Below, one piece after another: positions 18,253-27,422 of a DNA stretch of 64,000 nucleotides; positions within the stretch are counted from its first letter, which is position 1, and each line of letters opens with the position of its first letter. This stretch comes from a virus. Taxonomy: Duplodnaviria; Heunggongvirae; Uroviricota; Caudoviricetes. The DNA lies in IMG/VR virus record IMGVR_UViG_3300028486_000080, positions 80,199 through 144,198 of that record, one strand, 5' to 3'. The notes beneath the pieces are model-generated. The model had not been told where the DNA came from. It searched no databases and saw nothing but the letters and a program-made list of their open reading frames with translations. The position numbers and the translations under genes were made by a program.

Positions 18253-18746
18253 GACCACAGATGTTCAAGGTCGCGCTCGCGTCCCATCGCGCGCGCGACC
18301 GCTACCCATACCGCATACTCTCGATACTGCTTAGCGGCACGCTGACTGAGAAAGCGTAGAGCCTTATACAGTTCTTCATTAGGTTCTTTGACCACGAACA
18401 GCGCATACTTGTAGAGCGCGACGTGATGCTCGTGCACGCTTTCGATCAAACCATCAAGTTTCTGATAGTACCCGCGCGCTTCGTGAGTGTAGGCGTTGAC
18501 TAGCCGTTCCCATGCCAGCGCTTGCCATGCTAGATCGGCTCGCGTTTGCTTATCGTTGCTCAGTGATCGACTACCGATGATCGCCATATCGAACGCCGCT
18601 ACACCGCCATACTTGCTGGCTTCATCCAACACCTCACGAACCTTTTCGGAATGATCCGCGAAGAAGGTGTCGATGTTTTTCTCACAACGTTTGATTTCGA
18701 GTTCAGTTACAGGCTCGCCAAACACTTCAAGCTGCATCTGTGTCAC
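18249..18746 (-). CDS. hypothetical helical protein
   Basis: 165 aa ORF, 4-nt overlap with neighbours. Confidence 0.45.
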   Translation of the reverse strand: MTQMQLEVFGEPVTELEIKRCEKNIDTFFADHSEKVREVLDEASKYGGVAAFDMAIIGSRSLSNDKQTRADLAWQALAWERLVNAYTHEARGYYQKLDGLIESVHEHHVALYKYALFVVKEPNEELYKALRFLSQRAAKQYREYAVWVAVARAMGRERDLEHLWS

Positions 18747-19320
18747 CTACTTTTTCGTGTAGTCCGCGATACCAACTGATAAATTCCTCAGCCGACTCCT
18801 CATGCGACAACGGGGTTAAAACTTTGTCGAGAGGCTGGTAAGGGAACCGTGCGATCCAGTCGGAGTTTTTAACATACTGAGAGGCTTCTGTTACAAGGGC
18901 GATCTTATCCGCCTTCTTGATCAATTCCACCTCCTCACTGGAGGGCATCTTACCGACAAGTCTCATGAAGATGGCTGTATCGTAAGCGCGCTTCGCGGAC
19001 TCGATGATGTCATACCCGGTTCGATCCGCGATGTACTCAGCAAACGGAGTTGGGATGTCGTTGATGTAACCCTCGTGTCCATCATGTAGAAGCCCAAAAA
19101 GCGCTGCTCGATAGGAGCCCTTCAGGACGTATAGGATAATCCATGCAACGAGAACGCTGTGCTGCGCGACGCTCCAGAACTTTCTAGTCGCCCCGGCAAA
19201 GCGTCCGACGTTTGACAAGTGATGCGCCACATCCTCGACACTGATGTCGCTGTCCTCAGGGTTGTCGTAGAAGAACCTTCCGCCGCTAACCGTCGTGATC
19301 CAGTATTCGTGTGACATCAA
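18727..19320 (-). CDS. HD-domain phosphohydrolase (YfbR-like 5'-deoxynucleotidase)
   Basis: VAQHS...LLHDGHEGYINDIPTP matches the H..HD..D metal-binding motif of YfbR-type HD proteins. Confidence 0.6.
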   Translation of the reverse strand: MMSHEYWITTVSGGRFFYDNPEDSDISVEDVAHHLSNVGRFAGATRKFWSVAQHSVLVAWIILYVLKGSYRAALFGLLHDGHEGYINDIPTPFAEYIADRTGYDIIESAKRAYDTAIFMRLVGKMPSSEEVELIKKADKIALVTEASQYVKNSDWIARFPYQPLDKVLTPLSHEESAEEFISWYRGLHEKVGDTDAA

Positions 19321-19371
19321 TCGCCTCCATATTTACGTTAATTCATAACATCAAAATGTGACGCTCACAAG

Positions 19372-22300
19372 TCAGATGTCGTCACGATCATACGGAGGGA
19401 TGTGAGTGTCAACGTTATCCAGCGCCTCAAGATAATCTGCTTCATCGATGATGCGCAGAGAGTGTAGTTTGGTGATGACTTCACGGCGAGTAGGTAATAC
19501 TAAGGCTTTGACTGTCTTGTTCTCGCTACGGATTGTGCGAGACATATCGGAGGGAAGTCTACCGAAGTATTTCTTGAACAGTTCTGTATACTTACTACGC
19601 TCAAACCGCGCTGACCCTCCTGCTATGAACTTGAGGTAAACTTCAAACGCAGCTTTTAAGCTTTCGTTCTTTACTACGAACTCTGCATCAAGTCCCCAAG
19701 ATAACGTTACCGGTAGAGGAACAGAGTCACCGACACTAGTCAAGCGCCCATACTTGATGAACTCAAGGAAGAATTCGGATGCCGGGTCGATTGACTGACC
19801 AATCTGTCCACGCTTAGCCTCAGTGCTCGGTGGATTGAACAGGTCGCTCCGCGTCAGTCCATGATCTTCAGGCTTCCAGTTCTTGATGTGATGCAGCCAG
19901 AAGCGGCAGCCGTTCTTCTCAGTCAGCCATTCACGGAGATTTTCGAAGTAGGCTGTCTTCTGCTTCTGGGCATCTGACGTGCGGATCACGAAGAAGCGAC
20001 GGTCGTCACTGTCCAAGTGAAGCGCATGTTCCGAGTTCGATGTGAAGAAGTAGCGCGTGAAGTGCGGCACCATGTAGGTGTCGATACCCTTGCGCTCGAT
20101 ACGCAGCGTCTCTTGCGCTACCTTACCTTTGAGGTATGCCGCTTGACCCTTGTTGCCAGCAAACAGCGCCTCATCGGCGTAGAACACAAGCTTGTTCTCC
20201 GCCAGCCCGTTGAAGTTGCCGGTGAGATCGTTAGGGCTTGCTGACTGCACATAGTAGGGGCTTAGCATGTGGCGCAACCCGTGCTCGAACACAATAGATT
20301 TGCCGGTACCTTGCCCACCAAGGATCACAACACTGGAGTGTGGCTTAAGCCCTGGGTTGGTGAAGATGTCCCAGATGTATAGCTGAAGCCAGTTGAAGTT
20401 GCGCTCATCACCCTCGCACCAGATGTTCTTCAAATGGTCAAGGATGGGCGACGCGTCACCCTCCAGCGGTTGCATGCGGAAGCCTGACCACATGTTGAAC
20501 ATGCCGTCATCGGTCTCTTCATTCGGCTGACCAGGATCGAACGTAACGCCGCGGTACATTTTGATATCGCGACAACGCGTGTTCCACACGTTGAACATCA
20601 ACTCAGTCTGGAGGCGATCTTTCCCAGTGCGCGGGTCTTTCTTGTAAGCCTCCACTGTCCAGTTGGAATATCGGAGTGCCATAGATTCCTTGCTGAGCAT
20701 CTTGGGGACGCCAGCCTTCCGGCTTTCTTCCAGATCAAGGAACATCGTGGTTGTGCCGTTCTGCACTTTGGCGAACAGAGAGGTGAGGAAGTTCATATGT
20801 TTGACTACAAGCTCAGCATGCGTCGCCGCGGCTAGATAGTCAGACTGCTCTTTGAAAGCACGCTCTGTCTGCACATGGGTGCGCCCGTAGTAGGCGGCGA
20901 TCTTTCGAAGCGCAGCGTCGCGCTCGCGCCCGACGATCTGCTCGGTTAGTAGGTCACCGATAGCGCGCGCAAAATCAAAGTCGCGCAGCTTGGCGACCAT
21001 CTTGCCGAACTCGCCTGCTGATACGAGCACTACTTCAGGCATCTGTCGCGCGAACTCAGCGACCGAACTTATGTCAGCCTTAGAGGCGGCGCACATAGCC
21101 GCCATGTGTTCAGGATCAATTACGATACCGTTAGAGGTTACAGACTTGGTGAAGTCCACTAGATGCTGCGCAAAGCGTGCTTCCAGCAATTGCTCTTCGA
21201 GCTTGGTCAAGGCTTCAGCCTTGTCCTGAATCGAATGAAGCTCCGTGAGCTTCAAGTCAAAGTCAGGAATCGTATCTGGGTCGATACCCATACCCTGTGC
21301 CGCTTCATTGACCGGGATGTCAATGTGCGCAGGCGCGTCCAACTCCTGGGGTTTTGGAAGTCCAAGATCATCAGCGGTGACGTAACCATCGAGAATCAAC
21401 TTCTTAAGGAAGTCCAGGCGTCGATAGTTGGAAAGATTTTGACATGAGTTGTGCTGACAGTAGATAGTCCACGGACGCTCCTCACCATCACCGGTAACAG
21501 CGAAGGTGCCCAACCCCCCCGGCTCTGTATGATCCTCTTCAAAGGGGCACTGAATGTGGATGCCCTCTTTCCCCCCCGAACGGGGACCACGGATGTGATC
21601 CTCAGGGAGGCAATTGTGCAGCATACCTTCTATGTCGAAGGTGTCTTTGTTCTTGCGATCCCATACGGGGATATCGATACGCCGCCCATTCTTGTCGTAT
21701 ACGATGTAGTCGGTCGGAGATTTCTTCGTAACAGTGCCGTCAGCATTGACTTTCTTGTCAGTGCTTGAGCGCTGCGAGCGAGGATAGTTCGTATAGTCAA
21801 GTAGGGGACCATCATAGAAGCGCACGAAATGCGTGTTGGTACCGACAAGGTGCCCCGGCATGTAATGCAAACGGGACGGATCGGAGCAAGCCTCATCGTA
21901 TTTGAGTTCTAGGGACTCACCGACTCCGTGGTAGATCGCCTTGTAGGTTTCAACAGCTACACTTGTGAGCTTGCTCAGCTTGGCGAGAACGATAGGCTTG
22001 TCACCTAGAGGAAACACCACACGTAGTTTATCTTCAGGTGCATGCTCGATTAGGTAGACGATACCGTTACCAGTATGCGCGGTCTCGCCGGTGAATTTTA
22101 CGTCGGTAAGGTGCCCCTTCTTTGTGGCTTTAAGATACTCAAGCATGGACTCCAGGTCAGGAGTCGTCTTGGCGCCAGCGCGCTTTGCCCACTTGTCGTA
22201 GGCGTCGGTCTTCACCGTCGTAGAGGTGCGCCCGTGATTGAATGTGGTGTAGAGGACAGCCTTCAAGCCTGCCTTGGCGAGGATGTCTTCAACTTCCTTC

Positions 22301-22533
22301 ACCGAGTTGGTGCCGTCGATATCGTAGACCAGACAGTTGACTTCAGGGACCGAAGTCGCGGCGCGCTTACCACCGACCAGACGCCCTGGTAGGAAGCACA
22401 TGCCATCTTTGTCTTTGCGGGGATTGTGGATTGAGAGCAACTTAATGAGTTGCTGTTCAGTAAGAGCCTTCTCTTCGTATACTTTCGTTTCTGCGCGTGG
22501 CGCGAACGTAATGCTGTACTTAAGGTCCGTCAT
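19372..22533 (-). CDS. primase-helicase (AEP primase-polymerase domain plus D5-type SF3 helicase)
   Basis: AEP motif CLVYDIDG near N-terminus; Zn-binding C/H cluster (IQCPFEEDHTEPG...CQHNSC); Walker A VILGGQGTGKS and Walker B FYADE in C-terminal half; 1053 aa. Confidence 0.8.
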   Translation of the reverse strand: MTDLKYSITFAPRAETKVYEEKALTEQQLIKLLSIHNPRKDKDGMCFLPGRLVGGKRAATSVPEVNCLVYDIDGTNSVKEVEDILAKAGLKAVLYTTFNHGRTSTTVKTDAYDKWAKRAGAKTTPDLESMLEYLKATKKGHLTDVKFTGETAHTGNGIVYLIEHAPEDKLRVVFPLGDKPIVLAKLSKLTSVAVETYKAIYHGVGESLELKYDEACSDPSRLHYMPGHLVGTNTHFVRFYDGPLLDYTNYPRSQRSSTDKKVNADGTVTKKSPTDYIVYDKNGRRIDIPVWDRKNKDTFDIEGMLHNCLPEDHIRGPRSGGKEGIHIQCPFEEDHTEPGGLGTFAVTGDGEERPWTIYCQHNSCQNLSNYRRLDFLKKLILDGYVTADDLGLPKPQELDAPAHIDIPVNEAAQGMGIDPDTIPDFDLKLTELHSIQDKAEALTKLEEQLLEARFAQHLVDFTKSVTSNGIVIDPEHMAAMCAASKADISSVAEFARQMPEVVLVSAGEFGKMVAKLRDFDFARAIGDLLTEQIVGRERDAALRKIAAYYGRTHVQTERAFKEQSDYLAAATHAELVVKHMNFLTSLFAKVQNGTTTMFLDLEESRKAGVPKMLSKESMALRYSNWTVEAYKKDPRTGKDRLQTELMFNVWNTRCRDIKMYRGVTFDPGQPNEETDDGMFNMWSGFRMQPLEGDASPILDHLKNIWCEGDERNFNWLQLYIWDIFTNPGLKPHSSVVILGGQGTGKSIVFEHGLRHMLSPYYVQSASPNDLTGNFNGLAENKLVFYADEALFAGNKGQAAYLKGKVAQETLRIERKGIDTYMVPHFTRYFFTSNSEHALHLDSDDRRFFVIRTSDAQKQKTAYFENLREWLTEKNGCRFWLHHIKNWKPEDHGLTRSDLFNPPSTEAKRGQIGQSIDPASEFFLEFIKYGRLTSVGDSVPLPVTLSWGLDAEFVVKNESLKAAFEVYLKFIAGGSARFERSKYTELFKKYFGRLPSDMSRTIRSENKTVKALVLPTRREVITKLHSLRIIDEADYLEALDNVDTHIPPYDRDDI

Positions 22534-22579
22534 CTAAGTCTCTCCGCCCTGCCATCACAGGGCAGGGCACGGGGGTTGC

Positions 22580-22900
22580 TTAAAAATCAGCAAGGAGAGG
22601 GTCGTCGTCCTCTAGATACTCAGTGAGTTCCCAATCCGCTTCGGATGGCGTCTCGTCGTACACTTCCTCGTCTGCGAGTTCTTTGCTTGCTAGATTGTCC
22701 GCCAGCGTATTAAGGTTAACGACGACGGAAGTCCAATATATAGGGTCATTTTCGAGTTTGTCAAGGGCAGGAACTAGCCCAAGGACGGACGCTAAGGTAG
22801 TCAGGACAGCCGACGCGTTGCCCTGTTCGATTAAGGTTACCATTGTCGAATGGGCTTCGTCCAGCTTTTTCAGCGCCTCACATGGCGATAGCTCTTGCAT
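22580..22900 (-). CDS. small highly acidic protein
   Basis: 106 aa, C-terminus EEVYDETPSEADWELTEYLEDDDPLLADF; candidate DNA-mimic type protein, no family recognised. Confidence 0.4.
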   Translation of the reverse strand: MQELSPCEALKKLDEAHSTMVTLIEQGNASAVLTTLASVLGLVPALDKLENDPIYWTSVVVNLNTLADNLASKELADEEVYDETPSEADWELTEYLEDDDPLLADF

Positions 22901-22959
22901 AGGTCTTGATCTCCGTTTACCTTAACCATACATAGTAAGGATAATGATCTCGCGCAAGG

Positions 22960-23670
22960 ATGCTCAGGATGAATAATGTGGTTACCTTCTCCCGACGCCC
23001 GGCTCATGCCGACATCGCAGCAGACTACTGGCCCAAGGTGGGGTATGGTATAGTAGTCCAGCGGCTATGGGAGAACATCCCAGAAGAACGTGGCGCCACG
23101 GACTATTCCTACGTGATCAAGCCTACCCTTGAGACATCCACATGCTCGGTAACGGTGCGACGCAAAGGCGAAGACACGGTAGTCCTGTTCAACGCTTGCG
23201 AGGATGTACAAGATAATAACGACCTGAAGGCGTGGTTCGTCCTCAACGACAAGCGACTGAGACGCCTATTGCCTCGCGCTGGTAAGCTTACAATTGTGGG
23301 GAAAATTGGACACCAGGAGGGGGAAAAAATTTTCTTGATCCACTACATTATTGTGGACAACGAGATAGTCATGGATGAAGTTAGCATTCGAAAACTGATG
23401 GAGCCGGGGGACTTCGGAAGTGCGATCTATGCCGTACCGTGCACCAACATAGTTGAGCTTACCATAAACAAGAACACGGGTGGTGTCAGCTTCCCGTTCA
23501 TGAACAACGCGGCGGAAGGCTTGACAATAATCGGTATCCCCGTTAACGTTATCATCCCGCGCGAAAACGGCGGTGCTCCTGTCCTCAAGGCGAGCCTTGT
23601 CCACATGAGATTTATGTCGTTCACGCACGTAACCCCCAAACGCGCATTGACACTGGAGCCTGCCGCATGA
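22960..23670 (+). CDS. hypothetical protein
   Basis: 236 aa ORF. Confidence 0.45.
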   Translation: MLRMNNVVTFSRRPAHADIAADYWPKVGYGIVVQRLWENIPEERGATDYSYVIKPTLETSTCSVTVRRKGEDTVVLFNACEDVQDNNDLKAWFVLNDKRLRRLLPRAGKLTIVGKIGHQEGEKIFLIHYIIVDNEIVMDEVSIRKLMEPGDFGSAIYAVPCTNIVELTINKNTGGVSFPFMNNAAEGLTIIGIPVNVIIPRENGGAPVLKASLVHMRFMSFTHVTPKRALTLEPAA

Positions 23671-24125
23671 TGAAAGTCATCGAAGTTGTAGTCGAGCCTG
23701 AAGCTCTTCCTGTGATGCTTATTCCGGTCGAACCGGAACCGCAGCGAACTAGTTCCTCACCCGACGCTAAGTATCATCTGGGATGTGATGCGGTGCTCCG
23801 GGATGATGTGTATAGCGACGACACGGGGCTATCGAATGTAGAGAAGTGGCATCAGGCGCAGTCTATTTTTGGGGAAGCTGAGAATATTTTCGCTGAGCTA
23901 TCTTACGAGGAAGTATTTGAGGGGGACGATCCTTACCGCGCGCAAGCCGCCGCCTTCGTTGCCGACCTTCGGGCGCAACACTATCTCGCCAAGATCAGAG
24001 AAGATCGCACTAACATGTACCTTCACAGCCTGTTCGTCTGTCAGGCAACATGGCGCACTAGATTCTTCGAGCGCGCAAACCTGGAGAACATTTCTCAGAT
24101 GATGCGCGACGCACGCTTGATTTGA
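23667..24125 (+). CDS. hypothetical acidic protein
   Basis: 152 aa ORF, ATGA overlap with the upstream gene. Confidence 0.45.
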   Translation: MMKVIEVVVEPEALPVMLIPVEPEPQRTSSSPDAKYHLGCDAVLRDDVYSDDTGLSNVEKWHQAQSIFGEAENIFAELSYEEVFEGDDPYRAQAAAFVADLRAQHYLAKIREDRTNMYLHSLFVCQATWRTRFFERANLENISQMMRDARLI

Positions 24126-24128
24126 CCC

Positions 24129-24157
24129 TTGACAAATAAAGCTTAATGCACTATATG
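24129..24157 (+). promoter_or_regulatory. sigma70-type promoter TTGACA-N17-TATATG
   Basis: exact -35 hexamer, 17-bp spacer, TATATG -10-like hexamer. Confidence 0.45.
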
Positions 24158-24341
24158 AGGTGCACACTGCCTGCTATAGGTTTCACCTAGGCTTTCAATC
24201 CGAATGGTGCAGGGTTCAACTCCCTGGGTGGGCGCCACTTTATAATCGGGAGAGCACGATCATGAACGGCTGAATACATTAGAGCGCCCCCGTCACTGAA
24301 TTTCTTGTGGACTTCAACCCTCAGAAATTCAGGAGACGATC

Positions 24342-24683
24342 ATGTCTAAGCACTTTCTCAAGATCAAAGTCACTTCCCTTGCTGCCGAACAGAAGCTCAT
24401 TCGAGCCGAAGAACGGCGCTTCAAGAAGCGTAAACAAGGCGCACACCCCGTGCGTGAAGCGCTTTACTTCCACCGCACGAAGGATATCCGTCCCGAGTTG
24501 CGTTGCGCTAACCTCGCTTACGGTTTCTTGAAGGGTATCCCGTATAAAACGATGGAGACCAAGGCGTACACTCAGCCGGATTGGACTCGCGTGCGCAAGC
24601 TCGCTGAGAAGTTCGGTGAAGACGATAGCCGCGTTATTGCCCAGCGCTACGCGCAATGGCTTAGCGAGGCTGGAGTAACCTGA
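24342..24683 (+). CDS. hypothetical basic protein
   Basis: 113 aa ORF with AGGAG RBS; preceded by a sigma70-like promoter. Confidence 0.45.
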   Translation: MSKHFLKIKVTSLAAEQKLIRAEERRFKKRKQGAHPVREALYFHRTKDIRPELRCANLAYGFLKGIPYKTMETKAYTQPDWTRVRKLAEKFGEDDSRVIAQRYAQWLSEAGVT

Positions 24684-24842
24684 CGACAGCAGGAAGACCG
24701 TGAGTAAACTGCCAAAGCCATCGACGCAGGTAACGCGCCTGCTGGGGTTAGTAACAGTGTTGGTCTTGGTGCGGCATAGTCGAGTCCTCTCAGGCGTGAG
24801 GGGCTGACATAGCCGAGACTGTAGGCTCACCGTCGTCAGTTA

Positions 24843-24884
24843 AAAGCGCGTCAAGCTCACAGACAGCTTGACGCGCTTTTTTTT
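24843..24884. terminator. rho-independent terminator (bidirectional-capable)
   Basis: 14-bp perfect stem AAGCGCGTCAAGCT/AGCTTGACGCGCTT, 7-nt loop, followed by T8. Confidence 0.75.
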
Positions 24885-24924
24885 ATCCGGTAATCTTCCA
24901 TTAAGGTTACTGGAGAATATTAAC

Positions 24925-25500
24925 ATGCCGTCCCCCTGGAAAATATACTCAAGCCTCAAGGTCGATGATGGCTTGAAGAAATTCGTCAAGACTGTGCGCA
25001 ACCACCACAACGGCGCCGAGTTCGTGGACTCGATCTGTATTGAGACACGCAAGGGCTCAGGCATCTACACCGAAGACCCTGTGTACATCTTCCACCAACC
25101 GAATCCTCCGAACGGCTACCACCCATATTTCGCTATGTATTGGCGCCCTGAGTATCCAGGGCAGAAAGAATATCGGCTCTACATCGCGAGCGGCGAGAGC
25201 TTCGATCCAGAGGTGCAAGCGCTTCTGGTGCCGAACAAGAAAGGCACGGGCGGTCAGCTAATCTATAGCCGCTACCGTCATGACTACTTCACCACAAACG
25301 ATGGCAAGAACATGATCGATGGTGGGCGAGACTACGTGCGCCACACGCTGCCAGAGGGTGGTGAGATCGTGACGCTGAACATCCATACCCGCGTCTTTCA
25401 CTACCACGGCGAACTCTATCAGGGGGACTTCACTAAGGAACGTGAAGCCATGCGCTTTTTTGGACCAGCACCGTATGGAGTAGACGTAGATGCAGTATGA
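24925..25500 (+). CDS. hypothetical protein (start revised to ATG 24925)
   Basis: ORF 24868..25500; upstream part overlaps the terminator, so the ATG after ggagaatattaac is preferred. Confidence 0.4.
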   Translation: MPSPWKIYSSLKVDDGLKKFVKTVRNHHNGAEFVDSICIETRKGSGIYTEDPVYIFHQPNPPNGYHPYFAMYWRPEYPGQKEYRLYIASGESFDPEVQALLVPNKKGTGGQLIYSRYRHDYFTTNDGKNMIDGGRDYVRHTLPEGGEIVTLNIHTRVFHYHGELYQGDFTKEREAMRFFGPAPYGVDVDAV

Positions 25501-26077
25501 TCCAATTATCGTGGCTTTCTGCGGACCACGGCGCCACGGCAAAAACACCGCAGCCAATGTGCTGCTATCGATGGGCTTCATTGATGAACCATTCGCTAAG
25601 CCTGTAAAAGAAGTTTGCGCTATAGCTATGGCTGAGGACGTACTTCTGTATATGTCCGATTCCACCAAAGAAGAGCCTTCAGAGACTTATCCTGAAGACA
25701 CACGTCGGACTATCATGCAGCAGGTAGGTACGGAGCTATTCCGCTCGCGTTGGCCAGACATCTGGGTTCGTAACTGGAAGCGGCGCATCAGTCGCACCAA
25801 CAACGGATACTTTACGTGCACCGATCTTCGCTTTCCAAATGAGGCTGAAGCAGTAAAAGCGCAAGCTAATCACCTGATCATCCGCGTAATCAATCCAAAC
25901 AAACCGGAACCAACTGACGCGCATGAGTCTGAAATTCACTATAAGACTCTGCCCGTCGATGTGGACATCCTCAACGACGGCTCAATTGCAGACTTACACG
26001 ACAAAGTAATTAATGCCGTCCGGGAACGTTGGGATTTTCTCCCATACAATTCAACCCAAACACGGAGATTCAAGTGA
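25490..26077 (+). CDS. P-loop kinase, deoxynucleoside monophosphate kinase-like
   Basis: Walker A FCGPRRHGKNTAA; approx. 195 aa; position among dNTP-metabolism genes. Confidence 0.45.
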   Translation: MQYDPIIVAFCGPRRHGKNTAANVLLSMGFIDEPFAKPVKEVCAIAMAEDVLLYMSDSTKEEPSETYPEDTRRTIMQQVGTELFRSRWPDIWVRNWKRRISRTNNGYFTCTDLRFPNEAEAVKAQANHLIIRVINPNKPEPTDAHESEIHYKTLPVDVDILNDGSIADLHDKVINAVRERWDFLPYNSTQTRRFK

Positions 26078-26430
26078 CAGTATTCGACAACCTGCGCGAC
26101 GCAAACCGGGCGCGGCAGAAAGAATGGGACACGGGAGGGAAGATAACTCTTGCCTACCGTGGTAACGAATTAGGGGGAGAGTGTGGAGAGGCACAGAACG
26201 TCATCAAAAAGATTGAGCGCGAGCGGCTTGGTATCAAAGGATCACGCGCCACTAAGGAGCAGCTAGCGGAGGAGTTGGCGGACATCATCATATGCGCCGA
26301 TCTAATCGCGATGGATATGGATATTGATCTTACTGTCGCTACCGCCCGCAAGTTTAACAAGACTTCCGAGGAAGTCGGACTTTCAACACGTATGCTCGTG
26401 GAGCTTCCTGATGGCTGGAACAACCGCTAA
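26029..26430 (+). CDS. MazG-like nucleotide pyrophosphohydrolase
   Basis: ELGGECGEAQNVIKK and EELADIIICADLIA motifs typical of small phage MazG-like all-alpha NTP-PPases. Confidence 0.55.
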   Translation: MGFSPIQFNPNTEIQVTVFDNLRDANRARQKEWDTGGKITLAYRGNELGGECGEAQNVIKKIERERLGIKGSRATKEQLAEELADIIICADLIAMDMDIDLTVATARKFNKTSEEVGLSTRMLVELPDGWNNR

Positions 26431-27304
26431 GATCATAATGGATAGTGTGGGTGTCGCTAAGGCGCGCATTACCACCTTCGAAGTAACGTGTCCGCGTATT
26501 ATTCTGGCGGAAATCGGTACACACCGCATCGTGACAAAGAGCGCCGCATCATCGCGCGCTATCCCCGTATCGAAGCGTATAGAAATGGTGGAAAATGATC
26601 CATGGATTCCTAAATCATTCGGTAAAAACAAACGCGGCATGTCATCCGATGAGGAGCTAGATGATTCCACCGCGGCTGAGGCGCGCGGAGAATGGATGTA
26701 TGCTATTCGCAACGCGCTATGTCACGCCCGAGCTATGGAGAAGTTTGGGCTGCACAAGCAATTTGCTAACCGAATCCTAGAGACATACTCTTATGTCACG
26801 GTAGCCCTGACGGCGACTGATTGGGACAACTACTTCTGGCTCCGTCGCGGACCAGATGCGCAGCCTGAGTTCAAGGAATTGGCTGATGCAATGTGGGAAG
26901 CATATGAGGACAGCATCCCTGTCAAACGTGTCAATCACCTCCCGTACACGGAAGGTGTAGATATGACGTTACCGCTTGACACTCTAGCAATGATTTCGTC
27001 TGCCCGTTGCGCGCGCACGTCTTATAAGACTTTCGACAATAAGGTGTCCACCGTGAAGGACGACCTTGACTTATGTAAAAAGCTCACTGATCAGGCTCAC
27101 TTGTCACCATTTGACCACCCAGCCATCGCGGATTTTGTGTCTTACGACCACACACGGGAAGGTTGGTTTTGGGCTAACCCTGCTGATGCCCGGCAGTATT
27201 GGGGATGGCGCCCGTACCGCGTTTGGGTGGAAAAAAAGTTGGGGCTGAAACTCAAGAAAAATCCGTATGATATGATCGACCCGTCGCTGATTCTCGACGA
27301 GTAG
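26411..27304 (+). CDS. thyX: flavin-dependent thymidylate synthase (ThyX-like)
   Basis: GTHRIVTKSAASSRAIP resembles the ThyX RHR...S..S.R motif; start moved to ATG 26411 (the upstream part of ORF 26324 overlaps the previous gene). Confidence 0.55.
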   Translation: MAGTTAKIIMDSVGVAKARITTFEVTCPRIILAEIGTHRIVTKSAASSRAIPVSKRIEMVENDPWIPKSFGKNKRGMSSDEELDDSTAAEARGEWMYAIRNALCHARAMEKFGLHKQFANRILETYSYVTVALTATDWDNYFWLRRGPDAQPEFKELADAMWEAYEDSIPVKRVNHLPYTEGVDMTLPLDTLAMISSARCARTSYKTFDNKVSTVKDDLDLCKKLTDQAHLSPFDHPAIADFVSYDHTREGWFWANPADARQYWGWRPYRVWVEKKLGLKLKKNPYDMIDPSLILDE

Positions 27305-27422
27305 GGTTGACGTTAACCTTAACGTCACCTATATTGCATCATTCAACCCATGGATGCCCGATGACACGAGGGCGCATTTGCTTGCGCCAGCGGGGGAACC
27401 TTTGCGCTTTGGAGAATAAGAA

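Noticed and set aside
26324-26410. Upstream extension of the thyX-like ORF
   Set aside because: Overlaps the C-terminal 35 codons of the MazG-like gene in another frame; the ThyX homology begins after ATG 26411.
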